Source: an uncultured Armatimonadia bacterium
GTDB taxonomy: Bacteria; Armatimonadota; Zipacnadia; CAVVLO01
Direction: 5' to 3'
Assembly (NCBI GenBank): GCA_963749155.1
Contig: CAVVLO010000004.1
Location: 1-64,000 of the forward strand
Length of the DNA: 64,000 bases
Made by a program: the position numbers and the translations under genes. Below the pieces are notes generated by a model. That model was not told where the DNA came from. It worked only from the letters and a program-made list of their open reading frames with translations, and made no database searches. The stretch's first letter is position 1. Every line of letters starts with the position of its first letter. Below, piece by piece: positions 49,731-61,195 of this stretch.

Positions 49731-50490
49731 TGGCCAGGCTAGTTTTCTTTCCTAATCAGGGCCAGGGCAGCGGGTTGCTGAACAACCTCGCAGCCTTCCC
49801 AAGAGGCATCATCGGCATCGGCTTTCCGGAGTGCCTTGGCCCGGCGAAGGCGCCCTCGTGGCAGGGCAACTTCACCGCCAACTGGACTGACCTGGGCGAA
49901 GGCGTCTGGCGAGTTGAAGGCGCAACCGAAGGCCTGCTGACCTATTCCATCACAGTGAGACCTGCCGAGGAACACTGCGACTTCGAATTCAGCCTGACCA
50001 ACACCTCCACCGAAGCCTGGGACCAGGGGATGGCCTTCAACTGCGTGCAGGCCGGCTCACTGGACAACGTGCGCGACAACGAATGCATCAGGCACTGGAC
50101 AGGCCAACAAGGCCAGCTCGTGAAACTTCCAGCGCTGCCGCGGCAGTATTCGCCCAGGCCCACGGTGCAGCTCTACAGTGTCGAGGGGCAGCCGCCAGGC
50201 GCCGAGATCCCCTTCGTGGCCAACTTCCAGGCGACGCCAGCCGACTTGGTGGTGGAGCCCTGGCTTGCCATCGAATCGCAGGATGGCCGCTGCTCGGTCG
50301 CGACGGTCTCGAAGCCCGCGCTTTTCCTGTTCCAGAATATGGAATACTCCTGCATCCACAGCGGCTGCGGTTTTGGACCTATGGAGCCAGGCGCAACCAG
50401 CCAGGCCGTGAACCGGGTCTTCGCCGTAGCGCGGCCCGTGAAGGAGCTCTACCCGCTGATACAGGAGTTCCTCTCGGCAGGCTCAGTGCC
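49727..50490 (+). CDS. Hypothetical protein; true 3' end uncertain
   Basis: Coupled to the upstream gene (GTGATG). About 250 protein-like residues, after which the ORF reads through 700 nt antisense to the convergent gene, suggesting a lost stop. Confidence 0.5.
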
Positions 50491-52580
50491 TGGTCGCGAA
50501 CCAGTCTATAACTACGCCATCGGCGAGCAGTCGCTCGCCTTCGGTGGTCAGTGTCGCACCTGCCGGCGCAAGCACCAGCACGACCGCGCGGTCAGGTCCG
50601 ATACTGAACCGCGCCTGGCCACTTTGCCCCTTCGCCAGCCACTGGCCCATAGCCGCATCGTACAGGTCGCAAGAAGCCTCTCCGATGTAGAACTGGACCT
50701 CGCGCTCCTCCTCGTAGGGATTGAAGAGGAGGTAGGTCGGGTAAGCCTGCGGGTGGAAGAAGTCAGTCGCCAGACAGTCGAGGGCGAGGATGCGCTCATC
50801 GCTCGTGCGATTTATCAGGGCGGCCAGCAGGCCGACATAGCTCGAGCCGTAGAGGCCCAGGTTGGTCTTCGGACCCCAGTTCAGCACCACGGGATCGCCC
50901 ATCCCAAAAGGCCGTTTGCCCTCCCACTCGTAGCGCAACCCCTCATAGGCGATACAGTGATTGGGGTCGCCCTTCCACCACCAGCAGGACTGGTGGTCAG
51001 GTGGAAGTTGGTCGGGATAGAACAACCGCGCCGAGTTGGCCAGGTTGAGCATCCACTTGCCGAGCGCCCTGGCGAAGCGCGTGTCGTATCTCGCAACCGG
51101 AGTCAGTGCCGCCGCCTGGCTGAAGGTGTTCATCGCGAAGGCGTAGCCGCCCCGGTTGTCCACGCTGGCGGCCAGTCCCGCCGCGTCGTAGTCGCCCCAT
51201 CTGCCTAGCCCAATGCCCCAGCCGCCCCGGGTCGGGCTGATGCCGAAGCACCAACTCACGAACTTGGGCAGGTCATAGTCGCGCCCGAGTTCGGCGTTCA
51301 TCCGCGCTGCGGCCAGCGTCCCCCACGGCAATAGCGATTCGTAATAGGGATTGACGTCTTGCTGGTCGAGCCAGGCCATACACTCATCCGCCCAGGCCAG
51401 ATACTGGGGTTCCTCGAACTTCTCCCAGGCCAGGAACTCGACCCAGGCGAGTGCCGCGGAGGAATCGGGCTCCCTCCACAGGCCGTTATCACTTGGTTTC
51501 ATCGTAGTGAAGTCGAAGGAGAGATGGTTGAAATCGCCGCCAAGTCGCGTCGATTGCCTGCCCCCAGCGTCCCGCAGTCGCCCTCATTATTTCGGCAAGC
51601 CGCGTGTGGTCGGGGTACTTGTCTACCAGGCCATAAAAGGTAAAATGGGGGAACAACTCGTACCAGAAACTGCCGCCGGTCGTCGTATTCACCCGGTTGA
51701 GTACCAGTTGTTGCCCGCTAGCGGTGTTGTAATAGCCCTCCGTCATCGCGACATAATCATACTCCTGCTTGCTCTTGTCGATACCGACAAGGGTCGCCCC
51801 GAGCACTGCCCCCATAGTGGTGATGGATTCGTGGTTCTGCCCGGTCGCCGCGGCATCGCCCACATAGCTGGGCAGGCCAAACATTGGCCCAGGATAGTTG
51901 ACATGCGACTCGTCCAGCCAGATAAGCGGGAGGAACTCTCCCTCGGCCTTCCAGTCGAAGACCAGCGCGTCATAGTCGCGCGCCTTTTGCCTGAAGTCGA
52001 TGATGTTGAAGGGCTCCGGCAGGTTGGGCATCCAGTCCACCGCATCGAGCGAAAGCTGGCCGGGTATGTCAGGTGAGAGATAGCGCTTCGGCCCAGGCAG
52101 GAAGTCCATCCCCGAGAAGGTCGCCCAACTGCCTGCAGGCCCTTCGAGCCCAAGCTGCACCATCACTGGCGGCAACCCTTCTCCGCCCAGGCCCCGAGGG
52201 TCGATGTCAATCTCGACTTGCCCGGTGCGAATCTCAGACTGGAACACCCCGATGGTGCGCAGTTGTCCGGTGCCATCGAAATCTCCGTAGAGCCGCACCA
52301 GCCACTTGCCGCCACCGCCCAGGCCCGCCACTGTCACACGCAGCCCGCCACAGTGGGCCGGGATGATTACTCCCGAGAGGCCCGCAATAGCCCATTCGCG
52401 TTCAGGTGCAACCTCTACCCTCAGCGCCCCGGCCTCGGCCAGGAGCACCGCCCCGTTCATCCGCTGGTCCCACAGTTCAGGCTGAGCCAGTAAGGCGTTG
52501 GACCATTCCCGAACGGGCGCTGCCGAAACAAGCAGAGTGGTCAGCACAAGCGTTACCATCACCCAAACCAGCACTCTCAT
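50483..52580 (-). CDS. Secreted conserved hypothetical protein, possibly an (alpha/alpha)-barrel carbohydrate-active enzyme; apparent frameshift(s) at about 51490-51550
   Basis: GGAGG RBS, signal peptide, MPNLPEPF..IDF, FGLPSYVG, FWYE, EPDS, GYAFAMNTF and LGLYGSS; two ORFs join end to end. Confidence 0.55.
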
Positions 52581-52591
52581 CGCCGCCTCCT

Positions 52592-53575
52592 CTACTGGTT
52601 TACGAGTACCTCTATCATCGCCATTATGTTCTCGGGTTTCGCATCGCCCGGTATGGCATGGGCAGGCGCGGCGATGTAGCCGCCGTTCTCTCCGATCACA
52701 TCAATCAGCTTGCGGACCTCTTCGCGCGTCTGCTCGGGCGTCCCGTAGGGCAGCGTGCGCTGCGTCGAGATACCCCCGTAGAAGGTCAGCCTGTCCCCGT
52801 AGAGGCGCTTCATCTCGAAAACGTCCATCACTTCGGGCTGGAAGGGGTTGAACACATTGAGCCCCAGTTCAATAAGCTCGGGAAAAAGCTCGTCCACCTT
52901 GCCGCAGCTATGGATAACCACATATTTGCCCGCCTTGCGTACCGCCCCGTACATCTCGGCAAGGCAAGGCTTGATGAACTCGCGCCACAGCTTTGGCCCC
53001 ATTATCAGGCTGGTCTGCTGGCCCCAGTCATCGCCGAAATACATCGCATCGACTGGTTTGGTAACAGCGAGCGCTATCGCCTTGAGGTTGTATTCCAGCA
53101 CGCGCTCGAACAGGCGATGCGCGAAGGCCGGATTGTCCACCATCGCCATCAGCAACTCGGGCATCCCAGTCAGCGTCCAGGCGCGCTCGAAAAGAGAGAA
53201 GCCGATATGGGCGATGCGGAAGCGGCCCCAGTCGGCATCCTCCGGGGGTATCTCGAAATCCGCCAGCGACGGGAATTCGTATTCTTCAATATTGTCCGGG
53301 GTGACCATCCGGTTGGCTACGATGCCGATATCGCGGTCCCGGCTGCGGTCCCACTCGACACCGAAAGCATCTACATAGCAAGTATCAGTCGGGCAATGGC
53401 CCATAGGCACGACGTGATAGCCGGCCAGGTGGGATTCAAACAAAGTATACGGGTTGGGATTGCCCGTATACTCGACCATTGCCTTGAAGGCTCTCTCGGT
53501 GAAGCCGATGTCATAAGGACATTTGTCCGGCTGGCGATGCTCGATGGCAGCCAGCACTCTCTCGCGCGGGGTCAT
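52592..53575 (-). CDS. Uroporphyrinogen decarboxylase / MtaA-CmuA family protein
   Basis: MTPRERV...PD, SLFERAW.L.GM, GDDWG.Q, IHSCG, ISTQRTLPYGTPE and GGYIAAPAHAIP.D...EN. Confidence 0.88.
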   Translation of the reverse strand: MTPRERVLAAIEHRQPDKCPYDIGFTERAFKAMVEYTGNPNPYTLFESHLAGYHVVPMGHCPTDTCYVDAFGVEWDRSRDRDIGIVANRMVTPDNIEEYEFPSLADFEIPPEDADWGRFRIAHIGFSLFERAWTLTGMPELLMAMVDNPAFAHRLFERVLEYNLKAIALAVTKPVDAMYFGDDWGQQTSLIMGPKLWREFIKPCLAEMYGAVRKAGKYVVIHSCGKVDELFPELIELGLNVFNPFQPEVMDVFEMKRLYGDRLTFYGGISTQRTLPYGTPEQTREEVRKLIDVIGENGGYIAAPAHAIPGDAKPENIMAMIEVLVNQ

Positions 53576-53587
53576 TGCAAGCCCTCC

Positions 53588-56024
53588 TTAGTTGACTGCT
53601 GGGACGGTCTCGAAAGTATACAAGGCCAGTTTGCCTGGCGTATCGGTTGGGTCAAACCGGAAATGCCTGATAAGGCCTTTCCACTCGGGATGGCCAGCAA
53701 GCTGGATCACATAATCGTGCACCTGGCCATCGGCGATTAGGTCGAAGTGGACACTGCGCGCTTCGCAGTAGTCTCTCGCCTCATCGGTAGTCCAGAAAAG
53801 CTGCCCTTGCTTGCCCGCCTCGACGCTCAAGGAAAACTTTATTGCGCTGTAACCAGAGGCGTCAAGGTCCATAACAGGCGGTCCGAAGAGGACAGGATCA
53901 CCCGAGATCGCCTCGACCCTGAGCGCCCCCTCGGTGATCCGCATATTGGTCAGACCACTGGCAGGGCGAAACCACAGCGTATCCGGATCGCTGAAGTCCA
54001 CCTGCAAGCCGGCTTTTAACAACCCAAGCTTCGTGACCCAGCCTCGGAAATAGTAATCGTTGAGTTCTTCGTAAGTGATGGCGGTCTGCATCGCCTGCCA
54101 GCTTGCGCGGTCGGGCACGGGCACCTCGTACGGGCCACGGGCTTCGGTCAGCGTGTCCCGGATGGCGTCGAGATAACCAAAACCCCAGGGCTTGCCGGGC
54201 TCTGCCTCCCCGCCTTCGCCCCATTCGTTCCAGGCCTCGAACATTGCAAGTTTGGTGTCCGGCTCGACAAACTCCTTTAGCGGCGCCATCATCCCCCTGA
54301 TGGCCTCGGGCGTGTTGCCGCGCGTGCGGACGGCGTTCTTGTTCGACCTTGCGATATCGTCCCAGCCGCACCAGCCGCTGGGGATATAATCCAGCCCCTG
54401 CTCGTGCGCGCGCTGCTGGGCCTGGGCAAAGGCCTCCCGATGGCGGGGCAGCAGGTCGATGTACGGCAGCGAGCGCGTCTCCTGATCCCAGGCGACATCC
54501 GCGAAGCCATACGCGTAGGCTGTCACCGCATCGAACCCGCCTTTGCCGAACTCTGTCAGCAGCGGGTTGTTCTGCACTCCCACAAAGTAGATACCCGGAT
54601 GGCCTGCTTGCCGCGCCACTTCGCGCATCGCGTCCAGCGCCTTCGCGCAGCCTTCCCAGCCCCCGTGAGCTGCTGCAATAGTCCAGGCGTGATACAGCAG
54701 CACCACTGGCTTACCGTCTACCCTGCAGGTAGCTCGGACTGCTGAAGTAGTGCTCGCACCAATAACGCGTAACGTCCTCCAGCGCCTTTGTCGAGAAGTC
54801 GAGGGGCTTGTAATCGGTACACTGCCCCTCGTTGCACCAGTTGATACAGAACTCCATCTGGCCGATGAACCGGCTCTTCAGGAAGCCCTTCTCCAGTGCC
54901 TCATTGATGTAGGTCATGCCTTGATTCCAGTACCAGTCGAAAGCGAACCAGCGGATACCGTGCTCAACCGCCCACTTGATATGCCAGTCGGCGACCTCGG
55001 GCAGGGTCTCGTCGTAATAACCGAGGACCGGCTCCAGATAGTCTACGAAGCTGACCCCCCAGTCCGAGCGGCGCCAGTCGAGCATCACGGGGAAGTAATA
55101 GCAGCCAAGCTTGACCGAGCTGGGCGGTGCAACGGGAGGCGTAAGCGCGGCGGTAGCGGTCTCCACCAGCTTGCCCCTCGTAACGAAGGGCAAGGCTGCC
55201 TCCTCGAAGACAACTTCCTGCCCATCAACCTGAGCAGTGACCCGGCAGGTGAAGGGCGCCTCGCCCGAGGCCGGCTGGCCCCAGAGGGTAATCGTGCGCT
55301 TGTCGGCCTGCAGGGGAGCAAGCTCTGTCAGCGTCCAGGCCAGCGGCTGGTCGCTCCTCATCCCTGCTGGCAGCGCGAGAGTGGCCGAAAGCGCCGAAAG
55401 CGGCTGAGTGCCGCGATTTTCCAGCCTCACAGTCACATGCGATATGCCAAAAGGTACCGGTGAAGGCTGCTCGGGCAGTATATCGATAGAGAGCATCGGG
55501 GCGCTCTCCGCCTCCCCTGTGAGCGACCTCAGCGAGGGAGCGGCAATCAGGACGGTCGTACCCGCATGCGCGCCCAGGAGGAGCCGCGCATAAGCCGCCT
55601 GCGCCGGCGCGACGAGGCGCACATACTGGCGCTCCCAGCCCTTCCCCACCAATATGCCAGTCCAGGAGTTGGCATAGGCAAGGTGGCCTCGGTCGGCGTC
55701 CAGCCAGTCCACGGCCAGCTTCCAGGTGCCGGAGCCAACTTCACCGTTCACCCAGCCAGAGAGCTGATACGCGCCGCCGCCTGCCACTGGGATGAAGTCC
55801 GAGGCCATCCCAACCTCGGTGGTTGAACCGCTGGCATCGAACCGGGCCGCCTGCGCGGCAGGGCCTTCTTGCGCCTCCACAACGCTCACCCGGTCGAGGT
55901 CGGCGCCTTCCCACTGGGCCAGCCCCGCGGAGAAGTCACTGTTCGGCACAAGCTCCGGCCCGAGGTCAGCGGCCATTGCGCTTCCTCCCATAAGCAGCAG
56001 TCCAAGCCAGACTACTAGTCTCAC
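53588..56024 (-). CDS. GH99-like/WbsX-family protein with CBM-like domains; apparent frameshift at about 54715
   Basis: GTG overlapping the upstream TGA, signal peptide, P.LGYYDE, WFAFDWYW, WCNE and AWNEWGEG. Confidence 0.7.
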
Positions 56025-58478
56025 TCGGGACCCTCCTCGGCGACCGAGACAGTCTCGAACTGATACAGCGCGAACTCTCCTGGCGCATCCATCGGGTCGA
56101 AGCGTAGCGTCTTGATGCGCCCTTCCCAAAGTGGGTTGCCTGAGAGATAGACCGTGTATTCGTGCGGCCTGCCGTCAGCGTTCAGTTCGAAGTCTACCCC
56201 TCGCTCGCCCGCCCAATCGGTGTCCTCTTCCCGTTGCCAGAAGACCTGCCCGTGCTTTCCGGCAGTTACCGAGAGGGTGAAGACCACTTTCTTGTAGCGC
56301 CTGGCCTCAAAGCCAAGGTAAGGCGGCCCGATGAGAACAGGATCGCCGCCTGATGCCCTGCCGCGCAGCGCGTCCTCCTCTATCCGGCTTTCTTCAACCT
56401 GGCCCCAGGGGCGCAGCCACAGCGAATCAGGCCTTCTGAAGTCCATCCTGAGGCCCTTTTCAGGCAGTCCAAGCTGCTCCGCATAGCGCCGCTCATATTG
56501 TTCGTTGATAGCCGCAAGGTCCAGCGTTGCCTCCAGGCGCGCTACTGAAGCCTTGTCTGGCATTGGCGGTGCCCAGGGGGCGCCGCGAGCCTCGGTGAGG
56601 ACATCGCGGATCGCCTCCAGATAGCCGAATCCATACGGCAGGCCCGGCTCGACCGAGCCACCCTCGCCCCACTCATTCCAGGCCTCGAAAAGGGCGAGTT
56701 TCGTGTCCGGCTCGACAAAGTCAGGCAGTGATGAAAGCGAAGCGCGGAAGGCCGCCGGCGTGTTGCCTCGCGTGCGCCAGGCGCGTTCTCCAGCGCGGCC
56801 GATATCGTCCCAGCCAACCCAGCCGGTGGGAATATAGGCCAAATCCTGCTCATGCGCGCGCCGCTGGGCCTCGGCGAAGTTCTCTCTGTGAAGTGGCAGC
56901 AGCGCCTCAAAGGGCAGCGAGTTGCTCTCAGGGTCGGGGGAGAGACTGGCCCGGCCATAGTTGTAGCTTGTCGTCGCATCGAAACCGCCCAGACCAAGCT
57001 GGGTAAGGATGGGATGGTTCTGCACGCCGATAAAATACACGCCCGGCAAGCCATAGCCCTCGGCCAGGCGCCTCATCAGGGCCAGTCCCTCGGCACAGCC
57101 CTCCCACCCACCGCGCGCATCGGCCAGTCGCCAGGGCTGGTAGATCATCACGACAGGCTTGCCGTCTACCTTCAGGTAGTTGGACAGGCTGAAGTAGTGC
57201 TCGCACAGGTAACGGATGAAGCCTTCAAGCGAATCGTCCTTGTAGCTAATAGGCTTGAAGCCTTGACCATGCCCCTCGTTGCACCAATGGACGCACCACT
57301 CCATCTGGTCGGCGAACCGGCTCTTTAAGAAGCCCTGCTCGAGCGCATCGTTCAGGTAGGCGTAGCCCTGGTTCCAGTACCAGTCGAAAGCGAACCACTG
57401 GATACCCGCCTCGACGGCCCCTTTGATATGCCAGTCGGCGACCTGGGGCGAAGCTTCGTCATAATAACCGAGCAGGGGCTTCAGATAATCTACGTGGCGC
57501 ATCCCTGAGCCACTGTGCTCCCAGTCCAGCATCACGGGGAAGTAATAGCAACCAAGCTTGACCGAGCTGGCCGGAGCTACGGGCGCAGTCAAGTCGGAGG
57601 TCGAAGTCACGACCGGCTGCGCGCGCGTGATGAAAGCCGGCTCGCGCTGCTCGAAACTGACTGGCTGGCCAGCCGCAGTTGCCTTGACGCTGAGGACGAA
57701 GTCGGAATCCGCCTGTGGCGCGCCGTAGACAGTGAAGACGCGCTCGAGGCTCTCCGCATACCTGAGCCTTGCGCAGTCGAAGGTCAGCCTCTCGTCACTA
57801 AGCACTCCAGCAGGCAGGCCAAGCTCAGCCGAAAGCCCCTCCAAGGGTGCGATACCGCGATTTTCCAATCGGACCAGTACCCGCCAGTTGCCACTTGGGA
57901 CGAGGGAGGGCTGCTCCGGCATTATATCTATCGCAAGCTTTACCAGTTCCTCCGGCCTGGCGGCGGTCTGGCGCAAGGAGAGGCCCGTTATCAGGGCCTG
58001 ACTTCCACCTGTTATTCCCACATTAAGCTGCGCGTAGGCGGCATCAGCGGGCGCAAGCAGTCGCACCTTATGTAGCTCCCAGCCACCTCGGACCAATAGC
58101 CCTGTCCAGCCATTGGCCCAGCCCAGATGGCGGCGCTCGCTATCCAGCCAGCCAAGAGCGATCTTGTACTGCCCCTCCCCAATCAGCGCCTTCACCTGGG
58201 CTGAAAGCTCATAAGCCTGGGCCGGCTGTATGGGAAGGGCCTCCGAGAGCACCGTCGCTTCAGACTTCGATCCCACGCCACTAAGCCAGACAGCTTGAGG
58301 GGCAGGCCCACTCTTCGACCTGCTCTACAGCAACGCGGTCGGCCGTCGTTGCAAGGCTCCAGCCCTCGAGCCCGGAAGCAAAATCGCCGTTAGGCACGAG
58401 ATTAGGTCCCAGTTCCGCTTCGCTTGCGGCCATCGCGACCCCTCCGAGCACCAAAAAAATCAGGCAAAGCAGCTTCAA
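56021..58478 (-). CDS. GH99-like/WbsX-family protein, tandem paralog of 53588..56024; apparent frameshift at about 58290
   Basis: Same motifs (SSVKLGCYYFPVMLDW, WFAFDWYWNQG, FEAWNEWGEGG); the signal peptide is in ORF 58281..58478. Confidence 0.7.
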
Positions 58479-58489
58479 GTGGCTCCTCC

Positions 58490-61195
58490 TCAGTGGCGCG
58501 ACCAGTCCAGGGTCATCTGTTCTCTTGCGCCTGGGGCCTCGATGAGGGGCCAGGAAGCCCTGAACTCGTCTTCGTACAGGCCCATCTCGTCCAGCGGCAG
58601 AGGCTTGAAACCCAGCTCGAAAGCCGGCGAGTCAGGCCTCAGCCGGTAGTCGCCGGCTGCCTGATCCACGAATAGTGGCTGCGCGATGCGCGAATGCAGA
58701 TCCAGCCCCTTCGCCTGCCAGGCCTCCCACTCCGAGAAGGCCACGGCTTCTTTCAGCTCTACCTCGTCCACCCAGAGCGTCCCCTTGCCCTCTGAAACAT
58801 CAATCCGGATGCACGCCGACTCCATCCCCTCGCGCCAGTCCGAATCTCCTTCAGCCGGAAAGCGGAACACGGTCTCGATGTGTTGCCACTCGGGGCCTGC
58901 CTTGCCGCCTGTGCCACGTGACCAGAAGAAGGCATCCGGCTTGTAGGCCTGCAGAATTACCGAAAAGGCCGTGTCTGGCTCCGCCGCGCGCACCCAGGCT
59001 GCCAGTTGATAATTCTGCCCTGGCTTAAGGGGCATCTCCTCGCTCACGAAGTTGATGCAAAGCGTCTGTCCACTGGAATCCTGGATGGTCCCATCGCCCA
59101 CCAGACGCAGCGACTTCTCCCCTGTCTGGCGCACTGCAGAATCAACTGCCGCCTCGGATTCGTTTGGGCGCACCTGCCAGCGCCAGCGCTGGGGAAGCTC
59201 TCCCGGCTCCCCTTCCTCGAAGCCCGGATTGGGCACCAGGTTAGGCTCCAGGACTTCTTTCAGGGCGGTCACGCCTGTAAGCACCAACTGCTCGCCCGGC
59301 CAGATGAGGTTATAGTCCGACTCGGTCTTTTCGAAGGGCAAATTGTAATGCGCGTAAAGCCTTGCGCCAGGCTCGCTGTAACTCACGATGTTGCGCAGGA
59401 ACTTGTTGCCGGCCATCTGCCAGGCATCCTCCAGGCTCTGGGTAAGCTCTGCGTAGCCCGGATACTTTTCATAAGCCGGCGTACCGGAGAACTTCTCCCA
59501 GGCTTCTGTCAGCATTGGTACTGGATGACCGCCCTTAACATAGCCGCTGTATTGCATCTGAGAGTCGCGCCCATCCACGAAGATATTGTTCTCGATGACG
59601 TTATCGCGCCCGCCGTGGACGTGAGCGCCTCCAAGTATCGTGCGTACCACAAGGTTGCCGTAAACCTCGGTGCCGCAAGTGCCATCATCCAGGTAGATGC
59701 CCCAATTGAAGTGCGGCGAGGCCCACTTCCCGTCCTCCCAGCCGAAACCGATTATGTCGTGTATGTAGTTGTACCGAATCTTGGAACCGCGCTTGCTCCA
59801 GTCCACCTGCCAGCAGTAGATGGCCCCGCAGTCGGCGGTCTCGAGGTTGAGATGGCGTAGCTCGTTGTATTCGAAGACATGGTCATTGCCGCCCCAGACG
59901 ATACCGAACCGCGGGCAGTCGTGGATCAGGTTGTGCGAGACCCGGTTGCCTACTCCTGATACAGCCACGCCAACCCCCTGCTTGTAATAGACGCCCGTGT
60001 GGTGGATGTAGTTGTTGTCCGCATAGTGCCCGGCAGGCTCGAGGTTGTCCCGGTCACCGCCGTTCAGGCTTATCGCGTCTCTCCCCGTATCGTGCAGGTC
60101 ACAGCCAACTACGCCATTGCGCTTTCCGCCGGATATGACCACCCCAGAGCCTCCAAAGCCCCCCACACTGCGGATTGTGCAGGCGGCAACCAGGCAGTCT
60201 GATGCGCCGTTCAGGACGATTGCACTGCCCTCTGAACACTCGAAGGTGAAGCCACGGAAGGTGATATTGGAGGCGCCTTCGCCCAGTTCCACAATTGTCG
60301 AGAGTATGGGGGCTGAAACCTCCATCGTGGCCGGGTCCACTTCTTCGGGCGGCCAGAAGTAGAGGGTCCAGTCCTCCCGGTCGAGATACCATTCGCCCGG
60401 TGCGTCAAGCTCTTCGAAAGCGTTCTGGACGAAATACCTGTCGCCCGGCCGGATGGGATAGGAGCAGTTGCCCGTCAGCGTGATAAGGCGCTGCTCCCGG
60501 TCAACACTGGCCACCCGCACGATATCGTTCCACCAGTTGTAACGCGGGAAGACAAAAACTTCGGCCTCTTCGGGCCTGGCCCACTGGCGGTCATCGGCAA
60601 CCTTGTAGTGAAGCAGGTTCTGGACCTCGCCTGGGATGTCCGCATACATTGGCAAGGGCTCGCCATCGGCATAGGCCCAGCCTCCGGTTACCGGGTGCTC
60701 GTGGTCTTTATCAGGATAACGCGCCAAATCCATACGCTGGCCGTTGCAGAGCAGTTGGCGGAAGTAGACGCCCGCGAAGCCCTGCGCGCCGACATCGGCT
60801 TTGAGAATTGAGCCGTGATAAGGCTGCCAGTCTGTAATCGTGCGGCCCCCACTGAGGAGCGGCGTCTCTTTGCCATAAGCCCTGAAGACCACCGGCGCCT
60901 GAGAGGTTCCAGAGTCCTCGGCTTCGAGCCTTAGCGTCTCCGCCAGATCATAGCGTCCTCCGCGCACCCAGACAGTAACCGGCCCGGCCTGGCGCTCGCC
61001 AGCCGGAAGCGTCCTGACAGCGTCCCGAGCACGCGAGAGGGTCGCAAAAGGCCCGTCCGTGCCGGCCGGATTGGCCTCGGGCAGTCGGCCCGTCCAGGCG
61101 TCGCTCCCCTCAGGGGCTATATAGAAGGCCCTCTCTCCCTGGGCAAAGCCCATCGCGATCCCTCCTAGAAGCAGAAGTATGCAGAGCAGCCTCAT
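58490..61195 (-). CDS. Right-handed beta-helix protein (GH141-like) with inserted CBM4/9-like domain
   Basis: FYIAP.GSD.W.G....DGPFATL.RARDAVR, ELDAPGEWY, D.GAIY and GIYLDD; NLVPNPGFE insert near the C-terminus. Confidence 0.75.
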   Translation of the reverse strand: MRLLCILLLLGGIAMGFAQGERAFYIAPEGSDAWTGRLPEANPAGTDGPFATLSRARDAVRTLPAGERQAGPVTVWVRGGRYDLAETLRLEAEDSGTSQAPVVFRAYGKETPLLSGGRTITDWQPYHGSILKADVGAQGFAGVYFRQLLCNGQRMDLARYPDKDHEHPVTGGWAYADGEPLPMYADIPGEVQNLLHYKVADDRQWARPEEAEVFVFPRYNWWNDIVRVASVDREQRLITLTGNCSYPIRPGDRYFVQNAFEELDAPGEWYLDREDWTLYFWPPEEVDPATMEVSAPILSTIVELGEGASNITFRGFTFECSEGSAIVLNGASDCLVAACTIRSVGGFGGSGVVISGGKRNGVVGCDLHDTGRDAISLNGGDRDNLEPAGHYADNNYIHHTGVYYKQGVGVAVSGVGNRVSHNLIHDCPRFGIVWGGNDHVFEYNELRHLNLETADCGAIYCWQVDWSKRGSKIRYNYIHDIIGFGWEDGKWASPHFNWGIYLDDGTCGTEVYGNLVVRTILGGAHVHGGRDNVIENNIFVDGRDSQMQYSGYVKGGHPVPMLTEAWEKFSGTPAYEKYPGYAELTQSLEDAWQMAGNKFLRNIVSYSEPGARLYAHYNLPFEKTESDYNLIWPGEQLVLTGVTALKEVLEPNLVPNPGFEEGEPGELPQRWRWQVRPNESEAAVDSAVRQTGEKSLRLVGDGTIQDSSGQTLCINFVSEEMPLKPGQNYQLAAWVRAAEPDTAFSVILQAYKPDAFFWSRGTGGKAGPEWQHIETVFRFPAEGDSDWREGMESACIRIDVSEGKGTLWVDEVELKEAVAFSEWEAWQAKGLDLHSRIAQPLFVDQAAGDYRLRPDSPAFELGFKPLPLDEMGLYEDEFRASWPLIEAPGAREQMTLDWSRH

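Noticed and set aside
50490..51208. Long 3' extension of ORF 49727..51208 as an overlapping gene
   Set aside because: It is the antisense shadow of the convergent gene; a lost stop codon is more likely.
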